Below, piece after piece: positions 9,414-19,353 of a stretch of DNA of 64,000 bases. Both the position numbers and the translations under genes were made by a program. The notes below the pieces were generated by a model, which saw only the letters and a list, made by a program, of their open reading frames with translations, did no database searches and had not been told where the DNA came from. How positions within the stretch are numbered: the first letter of the stretch is position 1; every line of letters starts with the position of its first letter. The stretch comes from a virus, in IMG/VR virus record IMGVR_UViG_3300023110_001773, positions 1-64,000 of that record; one strand, 5' to 3'.

Positions 9414-9888
9414 CTTCCATTCCCCACACTATTCCAAGATCGGGATAGTAAGTTCCTCTGTCCCGTTTTGGATTACCATCTTTGTCGTATGCCATTGCTA
9501 CACAAGTGCGAACCATTCTTTTTTCCATGTTCTCACCATAGTAGTCAGCGATCCAATCACCGTTCTTTAGGTATGCCTCCATGTATGCAATGTAAGACTT
9601 AATCACGCATTCCTCAGATATGGAACCCTTGACACCTTGTCTTACCTGTTGTCGTAGGGCAGGCAACTTCTCTTTGTTAGCCTTTATCCACGACTTCACT
9701 TTGGCAAATGATAACGGATCGTCATCTGGTTTGGCCAGTACGTCTGGGTGTACATTTTTGTACGTTGGTGGGTTGGTTTTGGCACGTTTCTCTCGTGCCA
9801 TTTTGAGACGTTCCGCAGCAGCGGCACGTTGTTCTTCTGACATAGGTTTGCGCCTACGTCTGGTTTTTGGTTTAGTTTGGGTGGCCAT
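9400..9888 (-). CDS. conserved basic hypothetical protein (start MATQTK)
   Basis: AGGAG RBS; RKPMSEEQRAAAAERL. Confidence 0.7.
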   Translation of the reverse strand: MATQTKPKTRRRRKPMSEEQRAAAAERLKMAREKRAKTNPPTYKNVHPDVLAKPDDDPLSFAKVKSWIKANKEKLPALRQQVRQGVKGSISEECVIKSYIAYMEAYLKNGDWIADYYGENMEKRMVRTCVAMAYDKDGNPKRDRGTYYPDLGIVWGMEDDIS

Positions 9889-9914
9889 AATGGACTCCTT
9901 TGTATTACTATTAT

Positions 9915-9944
9915 ATAGTACCACAGAGGAGCCGCATATGTCAA
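9915..9944 (-). promoter_or_regulatory. sigma70-type promoter
   Basis: TTGACA-N18-TACTAT with extended TG. Confidence 0.7.
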
Positions 9945-9950
9945 TAGGTT

Positions 9951-10190
9951 TTACTTAACAAAATGAATAATATTGTCAATGATTAGTGATCGCCACTGGG
10001 ACTTTTCCACATCGAATACGGTAACGTGGGTATCTTTTTGAGTGCTAGTGCCACTAGTAGCAGGAACAACCGACTCCTGTAGAGTGGCCTTCACAACACG
10101 TTCCGTACCATCCTTCTTTTTGTAGAGAATATTAGCAGTACCGTTGACCAGCACATCAATCACCTCTTGTTTATTCATCGCAAACTCCAT
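9951..10190 (-). CDS. small SH3/WYL-like beta-barrel protein
   Basis: YKKKDGTER..ATL..VFDVEK..WRS. Confidence 0.75.
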   Translation of the reverse strand: MEFAMNKQEVIDVLVNGTANILYKKKDGTERVVKATLQESVVPATSGTSTQKDTHVTVFDVEKSQWRSLIIDNIIHFVK

Positions 10191-11257
10191 AGTTTTTTCT
10201 CCATGATTTCATCATATAGTTTAGTAGCTATTGCCTCGTGGCACTTTTCATCTGGGTGGCCACCAGGCATTTTTCCAACAAACGATGGATGAGTTTTGTT
10301 GAGGAACATATCACCAAAGTCTGTTTGAGACATCTCCGGCATAGACTTGACCGAATTAATCTTATTGTATATTTTATCATATAATTTAGTTTCACGCAAG
10401 AACAAATAGTATTTTTCTTGGATTTTTTTATCCATGCCCCAAAACTCTTCTCCATCACAAAATAGATCGATGATCTGCATATACCTGTTGCCTTCTCTTA
10501 TATACCTAGAGAGTGCCCCACATGTTTCTGATTCTTCTACTACTTTCAATCCATCCAAAACCACGTTCATTAGACGCAAGTTACCTAAAGCATCCCACAT
10601 GTAACAAGGAATTCTTTTAGCACGGAAAAAATAAACGAGCGATTCAACATATCTCAAAGTATCTAAAACTTGATGTATTGGAGAATTGAATTTGTGATTG
10701 CCAATCACTTCTGTTTTCATATTCACAAAATGTCTTTGTTCTATGTTTTCTGAAAACAAACTTTGTATGCTATGTTGATTCCAGTGTGAATACTCCTCTA
10801 TGACTGGATCAAGGTCATCATCGTCTGGACTGTAGACACCACCCTTTGCCCACTCATTGAAATCCCCATCGGTGTGGTGACCCCTGACCCCATCACATTC
10901 TTCACATGGGTATGTTGGTTCCCACAAATTTAAAAATCTTTCATTGATAGGAATTTGAAATCTCTCTGGGCCAGTCAATTGAATAACTGCTATCCCATCG
11001 TATTCAATGTTTTGTGGTTTGTTGAAAAAATCAAGAGTCGTTCTCCAAGTTCTTGGATTTGATCCTGCTCCCCTTGAAATATTTACTACACCAGTGTTTA
11101 ATTTTTGAGACAAAAGAGTTGACCATCTCTTCTCTCTTCTATACTTCGTGTCTACCCACTGATACGGTTCCTTTTTTTCCGTGTCATAATATCGTGTCTC
11201 TTCTCCCAACTCTGCTCCCAGACTAATGGAACATCCATTGACAAATAATTTACTCAT
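10175..11257 (-). CDS. SGNH/GDSL-like family protein
   Basis: LFVNGCSIS, NISRGAGSN, VIQLTGPER, GGHPDEKCH. Confidence 0.6.
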   Translation of the reverse strand: MSKLFVNGCSISLGAELGEETRYYDTEKKEPYQWVDTKYRREKRWSTLLSQKLNTGVVNISRGAGSNPRTWRTTLDFFNKPQNIEYDGIAVIQLTGPERFQIPINERFLNLWEPTYPCEECDGVRGHHTDGDFNEWAKGGVYSPDDDDLDPVIEEYSHWNQHSIQSLFSENIEQRHFVNMKTEVIGNHKFNSPIHQVLDTLRYVESLVYFFRAKRIPCYMWDALGNLRLMNVVLDGLKVVEESETCGALSRYIREGNRYMQIIDLFCDGEEFWGMDKKIQEKYYLFLRETKLYDKIYNKINSVKSMPEMSQTDFGDMFLNKTHPSFVGKMPGGHPDEKCHEAIATKLYDEIMEKKLWSLR

Positions 11258-12185
11258 CAGTTTTAGCCTTATCGATTAACCAACCGAGTTTTTTCCTTAG
11301 TCCTTTATCTAGTCTTCTAAATTGATCTACTTCGGAGTTGGTCAGTTCTACTTCCTCTTTATCAGACATTTCCATGCCGTAGTCTGGTATATCTTTGATC
11401 AAATCTTCCTCTTTCATAAAAGTTATACTCTCACCCCTCCTTTGCATGAATGTCATGTTTGCTGAAACAACCAGAAGAATAGCGAGAGGATCGAATACCA
11501 AAACAATAAGGATAATAATCCAGCGGACAGCTGCATCAAAATGATCTTGTGCTTCGTCTCCATAAATTAACTCCGCAATGTATTTTAGAGGCCCAACTTC
11601 CGCCTCAAGTGATAACTGTTCTTTCTGAAGTGGTAAGAGGGCAGTTTGTGATTCTTCAATAGCAGAGTACGCAGCAGTGATCTGCTGGTTGAGACTGTCC
11701 CTTTCCTCTTTTTGCGAATTCCGTGTCGCAATCGCACCCGTATCACCTCTAATTCTGTCATATTCAATGAGCGTTGCAACTGTGGAGTCAAGTTGTTCCA
11801 GTACTGTTTCTGCGTCTTTGATAATCGTTTGCTGATACGCAATGCGGCGTTCCAAGGTCTCGATCTGTAATTCATTATTTCCTCCCGCATTCACGGTCTG
11901 TTCAATATGAGCCTTTGATAAGAATCCAAAGATTCCTATACTAGTTACAATGGATAGTACTACCACCGCAACAGTAAAGTAACTTTTGAGTAAAACTCCG
12001 GCGGTACTCCAGTTTCTATACAACCAAGATGCAGTGACCAGTTTTGCTACCTCTAGTACTGCACCCATAGTCACAATCTCCGCAAAAACTGCGGGGAATA
12101 TAGCCGTTAATCCAATTATTGAGAAGTAACCAGCAACTGCGGAAACGGATAACGCAGAAAAAACTAATAGTAGTAGAAATGCCAT
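11250..12185 (-). CDS. conserved phage membrane/coiled-coil protein
   Basis: 3 N-terminal TM, coiled coil, EVGPLKYIAELIYG, VFDPLA TM. Confidence 0.75.
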   Translation of the reverse strand: MAFLLLLVFSALSVSAVAGYFSIIGLTAIFPAVFAEIVTMGAVLEVAKLVTASWLYRNWSTAGVLLKSYFTVAVVVLSIVTSIGIFGFLSKAHIEQTVNAGGNNELQIETLERRIAYQQTIIKDAETVLEQLDSTVATLIEYDRIRGDTGAIATRNSQKEERDSLNQQITAAYSAIEESQTALLPLQKEQLSLEAEVGPLKYIAELIYGDEAQDHFDAAVRWIIILIVLVFDPLAILLVVSANMTFMQRRGESITFMKEEDLIKDIPDYGMEMSDKEEVELTNSEVDQFRRLDKGLRKKLGWLIDKAKTDE

Positions 12186-12928
12186 TAAAAGAATTTCGCC
12201 TCTAATTCTAAAAGATTATCAAACTTACTCAAGTCATGTATGTAGTCATTCACTTCAGATGATAGTTTTGGTTTTGGCGTTGGTATCAAAGGACTGTCAT
12301 TGGGCATTGATACGACATCAGAGTAATCCAAAACTGTAAATTCGGATAAGTCTTTATGCAACCCATAAAAATTATAAACGGTTGTCATTCTATTGAGAAA
12401 AAGTTCTCTCACACTTTCTTTGTTTGTGTCTGCCATAGAGATTTCCGAGTCTGGCATCTTGTCACCTTCTTCCCATTGCCACTTCTTTGTGATATGACAA
12501 ATAGCATAGGACTTCCATTGATCAACAAGGGGTCTCTTTATATAAACTTTTTCGTGATCATAGATGTCAGAAAGTCCATATGTATGTTCATACCCTTTAC
12601 ATATTGCTTTCCTGCCGTGTCTTTCGATGATATCAATATTGTGCATAAAGTTTTCTGGAGACTGCAAAAAACAATTTTCAAAGAATACTCCAGGCAAAGT
12701 CACTTCTTCAAACTGGAGTAGAGGAAATATATCATCTTTTTGTTGTCTAAAACTGGTTCCACTGTAAACCGTGTCACCAAATTTTCTTGTATTACTTCCC
12801 GACCAATCTAAGTTCTCCGTTCCACCATATAGCAATGGATCAGATTTGCACCTAGAATAATGATAGTGCCAAGAACCGTTTCTTGGGCCACCGAATATAA
12901 AAACATGATTTGTCACTTTGGTTTCCAC
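12185..12928 (-). CDS. sulfotransferase-like (Stf0-type) protein
   Basis: FIFGGPRNGS (5'-PSB-like loop) and IKRPLVDQWKSYAI..TKKW. Confidence 0.5.
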   Translation of the reverse strand: METKVTNHVFIFGGPRNGSWHYHYSRCKSDPLLYGGTENLDWSGSNTRKFGDTVYSGTSFRQQKDDIFPLLQFEEVTLPGVFFENCFLQSPENFMHNIDIIERHGRKAICKGYEHTYGLSDIYDHEKVYIKRPLVDQWKSYAICHITKKWQWEEGDKMPDSEISMADTNKESVRELFLNRMTTVYNFYGLHKDLSEFTVLDYSDVVSMPNDSPLIPTPKPKLSSEVNDYIHDLSKFDNLLELEAKFF

Positions 12929-13260
12929 TCCACTGGTGTAAATGATGTTAAGTGACTTCGCCTCAATCTAATGTTCAACATGTCGTTTAGACATTTATCG
13001 TCTTCACGTTGTTGCCACTGTAACAGGAATTCCTGCATCTTTGCGTGGGACTTCTGATCAAACTCGGCGATAGTCTCTTTCGTCAACTCACCTTCATACT
13101 CTTTTACTATTGTAGAACTGCCATAATATTTTTCATACAAGTTTTGTGGTTTGCATGAGTACCCGATATAATATCTGCCATCGGGAAAGTATGTGCAGTA
13201 AACTCTATGTGTCTTCTTTAAGGAAGGCTTTCTCTTTCTCTTCTTCGTAGTCATAACCAT
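12913..13260 (-). CDS. small GIY-YIG-like endonuclease
   Basis: VYCTYFPDGRYYIG, YYGSS, E and N motifs. Confidence 0.65.
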   Translation of the reverse strand: MVMTTKKRKRKPSLKKTHRVYCTYFPDGRYYIGYSCKPQNLYEKYYGSSTIVKEYEGELTKETIAEFDQKSHAKMQEFLLQWQQREDDKCLNDMLNIRLRRSHLTSFTPVEWKPK

Positions 13261-13408
13261 CTGGTAACTCTTGCACTGTTGAGTTACTATTTATGGTCTT
13301 GCCATCACCCCATAATCTTTCAAAGGCCTCTTCTCTTGGCACTTCTTTGATCTTAGGTTTCTTTGTATAGTTTTTTAGTTTTGACATTTTACTATCCACA
13401 AATACCAA
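13205..13408 (-). CDS. hypothetical protein
   Basis: short ORF fills the operon gap. Confidence 0.5.
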   Translation of the reverse strand: MVFVDSKMSKLKNYTKKPKIKEVPREEAFERLWGDGKTINSNSTVQELPDGYDYEEEKEKAFLKEDT

Positions 13409-14040
13409 AGATGTCGGCTACCCTTTTTGGAAAGTGGTTCATACTGTTTTGCCAACTCTAGATTGTCGTTAAGTTCTGGAGAGAATGGTACTAACTTCTC
13501 GTATACCACTTCCCAAGAATTAGGATACATCGCATCACAAACTCTTTCTATTGTATCTTGGTCACTGAAAGTACAGTATGTGAAATAAAATTCTCCGCCA
13601 GGTTTCAAAAAATACTTAGATCGTCTTATTGCTTCAACAATATACTGACTGGAATGACTGGGAACACCATCTGGAAACCAATTGGTTACGTCAACAATTG
13701 GTTGGTCTATGCCACTAACATCACTAGCAATAACATCGTATGAAGAGTCCAACGGCACCTCTTCAAACATATCACTCTTGATTACTGTCATATTCTCGAC
13801 ATCATTCCTTGCAATGTTTTCTTCTGACAACCTAATATGTTCTTCGCTGATGTCAATGCCCACAACAGAGTTAGCACCACGTTTGGAAAACTCGATACCG
13901 ATAGCACCAATCCCACATCCAACATCCAAGACATCCTTTCCTTCAACTGGAACAAACTTAGCAAACTCTTTGCTAGTAGTTGTTGGACGAAATGCATTTT
14001 CATTCCACTCCAATTCATTATCAAAAAAATCTATAATCAT
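13375..14040 (-). CDS. class I SAM-dependent methyltransferase (HemK/MTS-like)
   Basis: AFRP, VLDVGCGIG, GIDIS, KSDMF, LKPGG. Confidence 0.85.
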   Translation of the reverse strand: MIIDFFDNELEWNENAFRPTTTSKEFAKFVPVEGKDVLDVGCGIGAIGIEFSKRGANSVVGIDISEEHIRLSEENIARNDVENMTVIKSDMFEEVPLDSSYDVIASDVSGIDQPIVDVTNWFPDGVPSHSSQYIVEAIRRSKYFLKPGGEFYFTYCTFSDQDTIERVCDAMYPNSWEVVYEKLVPFSPELNDNLELAKQYEPLSKKGSRHLWYLWIVKCQN

Positions 14041-14050
14041 TGTCTTTCCC

Positions 14051-14650
14051 TTAAAGTGTTATAGAAACTATTTTTGAATCTTGGTAAGATGTTATTTCGT
14101 AATTATTTTGTTCACAAAACTCATCAACCGCCCTTTTTAAATCATGCCACTGACCACAGTTGTAATCATCGATAGCAATTACACCACCAGATCGCATACA
14201 CTTAGACCAATAATCAAGAACATCTTTTGTTTCTTCATACGAATGAGAACCATCATAGAAAACTATGTTGGGTGATCTATCCGGCGGGGTGTCCCATTTA
14301 CTCCACCTATGTACCATAAATGTAATATCCCTATTCAGAATATTCTTGTGTATTTCTTCAAACTGTTCTTGTGGAGTGCTTCTGTTTCTAATAACCTCTT
14401 CTTTAAAATTATCATCTAGACCCAGTTCTTCAATCATCTCTTCCGTTGGGCCTTGCCAACCTTCACACACATCTACTGTTACGATGTGATGTTCCACTCC
14501 CTTCAGTGCATCATCAAAGGTTACTGCACTCTTTCCGTACAATGTCCCAATCTCGTAGACAAAAACATATTCACTGTCTTTAAATTTAGAACATATATTA
14601 TATATAGCGGCAGAATCAGCCGGTAACATAAAACCACGGATATCATTCAT
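14051..14650 (-). CDS. SAM-dependent methyltransferase (Methyltransf_24-like)
   Basis: EIGTLYGKS, FYDGSHSYE, GGVIAIDDY. Confidence 0.85.
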   Translation of the reverse strand: MNDIRGFMLPADSAAIYNICSKFKDSEYVFVYEIGTLYGKSAVTFDDALKGVEHHIVTVDVCEGWQGPTEEMIEELGLDDNFKEEVIRNRSTPQEQFEEIHKNILNRDITFMVHRWSKWDTPPDRSPNIVFYDGSHSYEETKDVLDYWSKCMRSGGVIAIDDYNCGQWHDLKRAVDEFCEQNNYEITSYQDSKIVSITL

Positions 14651-15159
14651 AGGATCAATTGTCTCTTGTTTAAATGATGTATCGTGTCAGACCATGACAT
14701 CGTTGTAGATATTTGTAAAACGTAAGAATCTTTATCCCCATGATATGATGCCTTGTGCGGCACAGAAGCATTTATTAAACAAGGATAATGGTATGTTATG
14801 TGTTCATATGTTTCTTCATCTACCTGATGCCAAATATCTCTGGCATCCAAAAAAAGAGGAAAAGTAAAGTTCACATGTCTTAACTTATTATCGACATGCA
14901 AATCTGTTTTACTGTTTGGGGGAGACTTTATCATGGCAACATGAGACGGTTTGAATCCATACCTAGAAGCAATCTGTACAGAAGTTCTATGGTGTCTAGG
15001 TAAAACCAAGAGATTATAATTTTTTCCTTCTTTTCCACCTTTGCGTACAACACCGTTTTCGTCTATCTCGTGATCGTACCACTCAGAGGATAATGCTATA
15101 TTTCGATAAGTTTCTAATTCTTCTTCGGTTACTAAGTTTTTGATTCTATACAAGAACAT
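14647..15159 (-). CDS. cupin / 2OG-Fe(II) oxygenase-like protein; paralog of 40369..40869
   Basis: HVD..NFTFPL..INASVPH (HxD...H triad). Confidence 0.55.
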   Translation of the reverse strand: MFLYRIKNLVTEEELETYRNIALSSEWYDHEIDENGVVRKGGKEGKNYNLLVLPRHHRTSVQIASRYGFKPSHVAMIKSPPNSKTDLHVDNKLRHVNFTFPLFLDARDIWHQVDEETYEHITYHYPCLINASVPHKASYHGDKDSYVLQISTTMSWSDTIHHLNKRQLIL

Positions 15160-15548
15160 TCTATATTACACTTTCTCAAAAAATCTAGACCAGCAGAACC
15201 TTTCGGATAAGGATGTCTCCAAAATACATTTGATACACCAGACTGATAGATCAACTTGGCGCAGTCAATGCATGGTTCGTGCGTAGTATATAAAGAAGCA
15301 CCAACACAACTTTCATTTGATCTAGCAACCTTTGCGATTGCATTTGTTTCTGCATGAAGTACTTCTGGTTTGGTTACGTTATCAATTTCACATATGTTGT
15401 CCCACCCGCTGGGCATACCATTGTATCCGATACTAATAATGCGATTGTCTTTTACAATGATACACCCAACTTGCAGTCTTTCAGCGGAAGACAGTTTAGC
15501 GTATACTTCTGCTGCTTCCATGTGTGCATAATCAAATTTATTCATCAC
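15132..15548 (-). CDS. cd: dCMP deaminase
   Basis: GYNGMP, HAETNAI, PCIDCAK. Confidence 0.95.
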   Translation of the reverse strand: MMNKFDYAHMEAAEVYAKLSSAERLQVGCIIVKDNRIISIGYNGMPSGWDNICEIDNVTKPEVLHAETNAIAKVARSNESCVGASLYTTHEPCIDCAKLIYQSGVSNVFWRHPYPKGSAGLDFLRKCNIECSCIESKT

Positions 15549-15727
15549 CAGTCTATATAATCCTCTTCATCTTCAAATTCAAGTTCACGTTGATTGGGAT
15601 CATAATAGTCGTCCAATCCATCGCCACAAAAAGTACAATAAGTTACTTGGTAGTGATCTTCTGACATATCATGTTTTACATGGTATGTTGCTTCGCATCT
15701 GTCGCACTCAATGTATATCGGTCTCAT
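15545..15727 (-). CDS. zinc-ribbon protein
   Basis: CDRC...CTFCG, acidic tail; typical position after nrdB. Confidence 0.7.
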   Translation of the reverse strand: MRPIYIECDRCEATYHVKHDMSEDHYQVTYCTFCGDGLDDYYDPNQRELEFEDEEDYIDW

Positions 15728-16704
15728 GCTGCTGACCCCCATACATCTCCCCAGTCACCAGACAATGCACCACGGGCATAGTCTGTTGCTCTGTTCTCAA
15801 AGAAGTTTGTGTGAGTAGGAGCATTAATCATTTCCTCGACCCAAAGCAGAGGATTCTTCTTCACCTTGAAGATACCCTTCATACCAAGAGAGATCAATCT
15901 GCGGTCTGCAATGTAACGAATATATTTTTTAACATCTTCGTTTGATAGTCCCTCCATTGGGCCCATGGCAAATGCGAGATCAATAAACTTGTCTTCCAGT
16001 GCAACCATCTTTTCTGCAATGGTGTAAATAGATGACTTCAATTTGTCGTTCCACAGTTCAAGATTCTCTTCTACATATGTGCGGAACAGTTTGATCATAG
16101 ACTCGGCGTGCATTGTTTCGTCTACAATAGACCAAGTAACAATCTGGCCCATGCCCTTCATCTTACCGTGTCGTGGAAAGTTCAACAACATAATGAAAGA
16201 GGAGAACAACTGCATACCCTCAGTAAACGCAGAGAATGCGGCAATGTTTGTTGCTACTGATTCCTTGGTGCCATTCTGATTTGATAGGTCTGTAAAGTAA
16301 TCATGCTTATCACGCATTGCTTCATACTCAAGGAATTCATTGTATGTTGACTCTGGCATTCCGAGTGTTTCAATGAGGTGAGAATAAGCCGCAACATGTA
16401 ATGCCTCTCTTGCAGCAAATCCTGCGAGCATCATGCGTACTTCTGGTTGTGGAAAATATGGCAGATAGTTTGTTACATAACCACCGGCAACATCAATGTC
16501 ACCCTGCGTAAAGAAACGAAAGATGTTAGTAAGAAACGCCTGTTCTTCTTTTGATAATTTGTTTTTCCAGTCTTTTACATCTTCTGCCATGGGAACTTCA
16601 GTGTGCAACCAATGAGACTGTTCATGTTTCAACCACGCCTCGTATGCCCAAGGATAGTTGAATGGTTTGAAGTAAGTTCTTTCTTGTGTTAAATCGGTTT
16701 TCAC
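15724..16704 (-). CDS. nrdB: ribonucleotide reductase class Ia beta subunit
   Basis: FTQGD, EALH..AY, EGMQLFSSF, DETMH, NFFE. Confidence 0.97.
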   Translation of the reverse strand: MKTDLTQERTYFKPFNYPWAYEAWLKHEQSHWLHTEVPMAEDVKDWKNKLSKEEQAFLTNIFRFFTQGDIDVAGGYVTNYLPYFPQPEVRMMLAGFAAREALHVAAYSHLIETLGMPESTYNEFLEYEAMRDKHDYFTDLSNQNGTKESVATNIAAFSAFTEGMQLFSSFIMLLNFPRHGKMKGMGQIVTWSIVDETMHAESMIKLFRTYVEENLELWNDKLKSSIYTIAEKMVALEDKFIDLAFAMGPMEGLSNEDVKKYIRYIADRRLISLGMKGIFKVKKNPLLWVEEMINAPTHTNFFENRATDYARGALSGDWGDVWGSAA

Positions 16705-16713
16705 ACTCTCTCC

Positions 16714-16920
16714 TTAGAAGTATCTGTCCCACTCTGGGGACATAGAAAATTTAATTAATTCTTCGTAACCACCAACATGATAGTCATCGATATATATTTG
16801 CGGCACACGGCCCTCGGGTTGATGCTCTTCGACAAAATCCACTTCCATCCCCATTAAAAATCCTTTAGCATCAGAACAAAATTTACAGTCGTCTCTTGAT
16901 AAAATTCTTACTTTACTCAT
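16714..16920 (-). CDS. nrdC: glutaredoxin
   Basis: CKFC, VPQIYID, VGGY. Confidence 0.9.
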   Translation of the reverse strand: MSKVRILSRDDCKFCSDAKGFLMGMEVDFVEEHQPEGRVPQIYIDDYHVGGYEELIKFSMSPEWDRYF

Positions 16921-17557
16921 TGCCGGTATCTACCTCTCCTATTTCTTTAAAACCCCATTCCCTCTCTTTACACCACCAACAACTATTACATCTACCTCTG
17001 TCACGTTCCGTACAACTATGTGTTATGGGCATTATAATATCAGCAATTCCTAAATCAAATCCCAACTTAATAGTTCTATCCTTTGTCCACGTTGCAAAAG
17101 GATGTGCTACATATTTTTTCTCTTCTTCTGTTGGTTCAAATCTATCGTTTGGTAATGGGTATCCGTCTGGCAACATATCTCTTTGATTCGGAGGATATGC
17201 GTTTTTAGCGTTTAAAATAAAATCGGCGTGGCCGCCCTCTATTATTTCATAAGCTCCACTTGTCACATAATCAGAAGGGTTTTCACTATCGATACTACCA
17301 ACTATGGTAGTTTCCATAACAGGAGTATTTAGGAATTTACAAGTTGCATCAAGTACCTTGTTGGCATAATAAACTGCGCCATCTAACTTTGGTACGGTAA
17401 AAGGAATGCACTCCTGTCCCCGTGTATTACATGTAGCTTTTGCGATAGTCCATAGACAAGCACTATCCCACCCCCCAGAAATAAGTACAGCAATTCTTTT
17501 GTCTCTTGGGATAAGATTACTTATACCAAACACGCCTTTCAGTGATGACATCATCAA
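16913..17557 (-). CDS. QueC-like PP-loop ATP pyrophosphatase
   Basis: LISGGWDS; THSC..RCNSCWWCKER zinc motif. Confidence 0.75.
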   Translation of the reverse strand: MMMSSLKGVFGISNLIPRDKRIAVLISGGWDSACLWTIAKATCNTRGQECIPFTVPKLDGAVYYANKVLDATCKFLNTPVMETTIVGSIDSENPSDYVTSGAYEIIEGGHADFILNAKNAYPPNQRDMLPDGYPLPNDRFEPTEEEKKYVAHPFATWTKDRTIKLGFDLGIADIIMPITHSCTERDRGRCNSCWWCKEREWGFKEIGEVDTGNE

Positions 17558-19353
17558 CCCTCACATGCTAAACATGAGTTTTCATCAATCAGAGATTGCA
17601 TATCAATCTCCTTGATTACTTCTCGTTCAATCCTCTTTGATACTCTGTCTGCCTTACCTAGTTTTTCTGATCGGCAGTAGTAAAGTGTTTTCAAACCGTG
17701 TTTCCATGCCAAGAAATGTACAGCATGTAGATACTTGATGTTTACATCTGGACGGAAAAATAAATTAAGTGACTGTGCTTGGTCAATAAATGACTGTCTA
17801 TCTGCCGCATGTTCGATTACCCATCTCTGGTCAATCTCCATCGATGTTTTGTAAACATCTTTCTCCCAATCACTTAGAAAGTTTAGATGTTGTACAGACC
17901 CATCGTTTGCAATTATTGACGACCAAGTTTCGTCATAATCGATTTTTGGATTTTCTTCAATTTTATTTTTAATGAGATTGTCCAAATGCTTATTTTTGTT
18001 GAGATACGCACCGCTAAGTGTGTCCTGACGGTAGGCGTTAGCCCTATAAGGTTCAATAGACGGTGAAGTGTTACCCATGATAATACTACTACTAGCATTG
18101 GGAGCGATAGCCATAACGTGGCTAAATCTTCGTCCTGTGCCTGTTGCATCAGGCGCTTCACCTCGGTCTTTACCGAGTTCCAAATTTGCGTCATCTAACT
18201 TACTCCTAATCAGTCTGAATATTCTTAGGTTTGTCCCCTTTGCAGTGGGACTTTCCCAAGGGATATTCTTTTTCTGCAAATATGCATGGAATCCCAACGC
18301 CCCAACACCAATACTTCTTTCACGCATTGCAGAAAATTTTGCTCTACCAACTTCTTTGGGTGCATTATCAATAAAGTATTGTAACACATTGTCCAACATC
18401 TCTGCAATATCTTTTAGAAAATTGTTATCCTTAGACCATGCATCATAGTACTCCAGATTGACTGAAGATAGACAACAAACCGCAGTTCTTTCTTTATTGG
18501 TGGGAAGAATAATTTCTGAACAGAGATTAGACTGGTGAATCTTTAGACCCAATGCCTTTTGAAACTCTGGCAAATTCCTATTACTGGTATCAACAAAGTG
18601 TAGATATGGTTCACCTGTCTCCATGCGTAGTTCAAGAATCTTTTGCCACAGTGCCTTCGCTGAAACCGTGTCACGCACTTCACCCGAGTGCGGGTCAATC
18701 AAGTTCCACCCGTCATCCGCCTCTGGGTCTGTCATGCAACGTTCAATCAGTTCCATAAATCGGTCACTGATATTAATACCGTGATGCAGATTTAGGCACC
18801 GCCAGTTCTGATCACCAGTGGGTTTACGCATCTCCAAAAATACAACTACATCGGGATGAGAGATGTCGAGATATGTAGCATAAGAACCACGGCGGGTACG
18901 ACCTTGCCTGTAAGCCAAACAAGAGGCGTCATAGGTTTTAAGATGAGGCATGACACCAACAGACTTGTCATCACTAGCACGGATACCGAATCCAATACCA
19001 ACCCCACCACCGAGCATAGACAACCAATTAGTCTCACTTAAATTCTCCACCAGTCCTTCTGCTGTATCATTAATATAATTGAGAAAACAAGAGATAGGCA
19101 TACCCTTCTTCGATCTACCGAAAGACAGAATGGGGGTAGAGTATGACAGCCAGTGTTTACTAGAATACTCATACAGTCTTTGTGCATGTTCTAGATTAGA
19201 ACCAAACGTCTTACTGACAAAAGCAAATCTCTCTTGGGGAGATACTTCGTCATCTCGCATGTAACTTTCTTTGAGTCTTTGTATTCCAAGTTTGTCAAAA
19301 AGTTCATCCCGAGATAAATCTATCTGAATACCCATGCAGTCTTGTTTTGCCAT
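17554..19353 (-). CDS. nrdA: ribonucleotide reductase class Ia alpha subunit
   Basis: STPIL, PISCF, SNLCSE, VCCLSS, APNASSS, TLYYCR, C-terminal CLACEG. Confidence 0.97.
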   Translation of the reverse strand: MAKQDCMGIQIDLSRDELFDKLGIQRLKESYMRDDEVSPQERFAFVSKTFGSNLEHAQRLYEYSSKHWLSYSTPILSFGRSKKGMPISCFLNYINDTAEGLVENLSETNWLSMLGGGVGIGFGIRASDDKSVGVMPHLKTYDASCLAYRQGRTRRGSYATYLDISHPDVVVFLEMRKPTGDQNWRCLNLHHGINISDRFMELIERCMTDPEADDGWNLIDPHSGEVRDTVSAKALWQKILELRMETGEPYLHFVDTSNRNLPEFQKALGLKIHQSNLCSEIILPTNKERTAVCCLSSVNLEYYDAWSKDNNFLKDIAEMLDNVLQYFIDNAPKEVGRAKFSAMRERSIGVGALGFHAYLQKKNIPWESPTAKGTNLRIFRLIRSKLDDANLELGKDRGEAPDATGTGRRFSHVMAIAPNASSSIIMGNTSPSIEPYRANAYRQDTLSGAYLNKNKHLDNLIKNKIEENPKIDYDETWSSIIANDGSVQHLNFLSDWEKDVYKTSMEIDQRWVIEHAADRQSFIDQAQSLNLFFRPDVNIKYLHAVHFLAWKHGLKTLYYCRSEKLGKADRVSKRIEREVIKEIDMQSLIDENSCLACEG

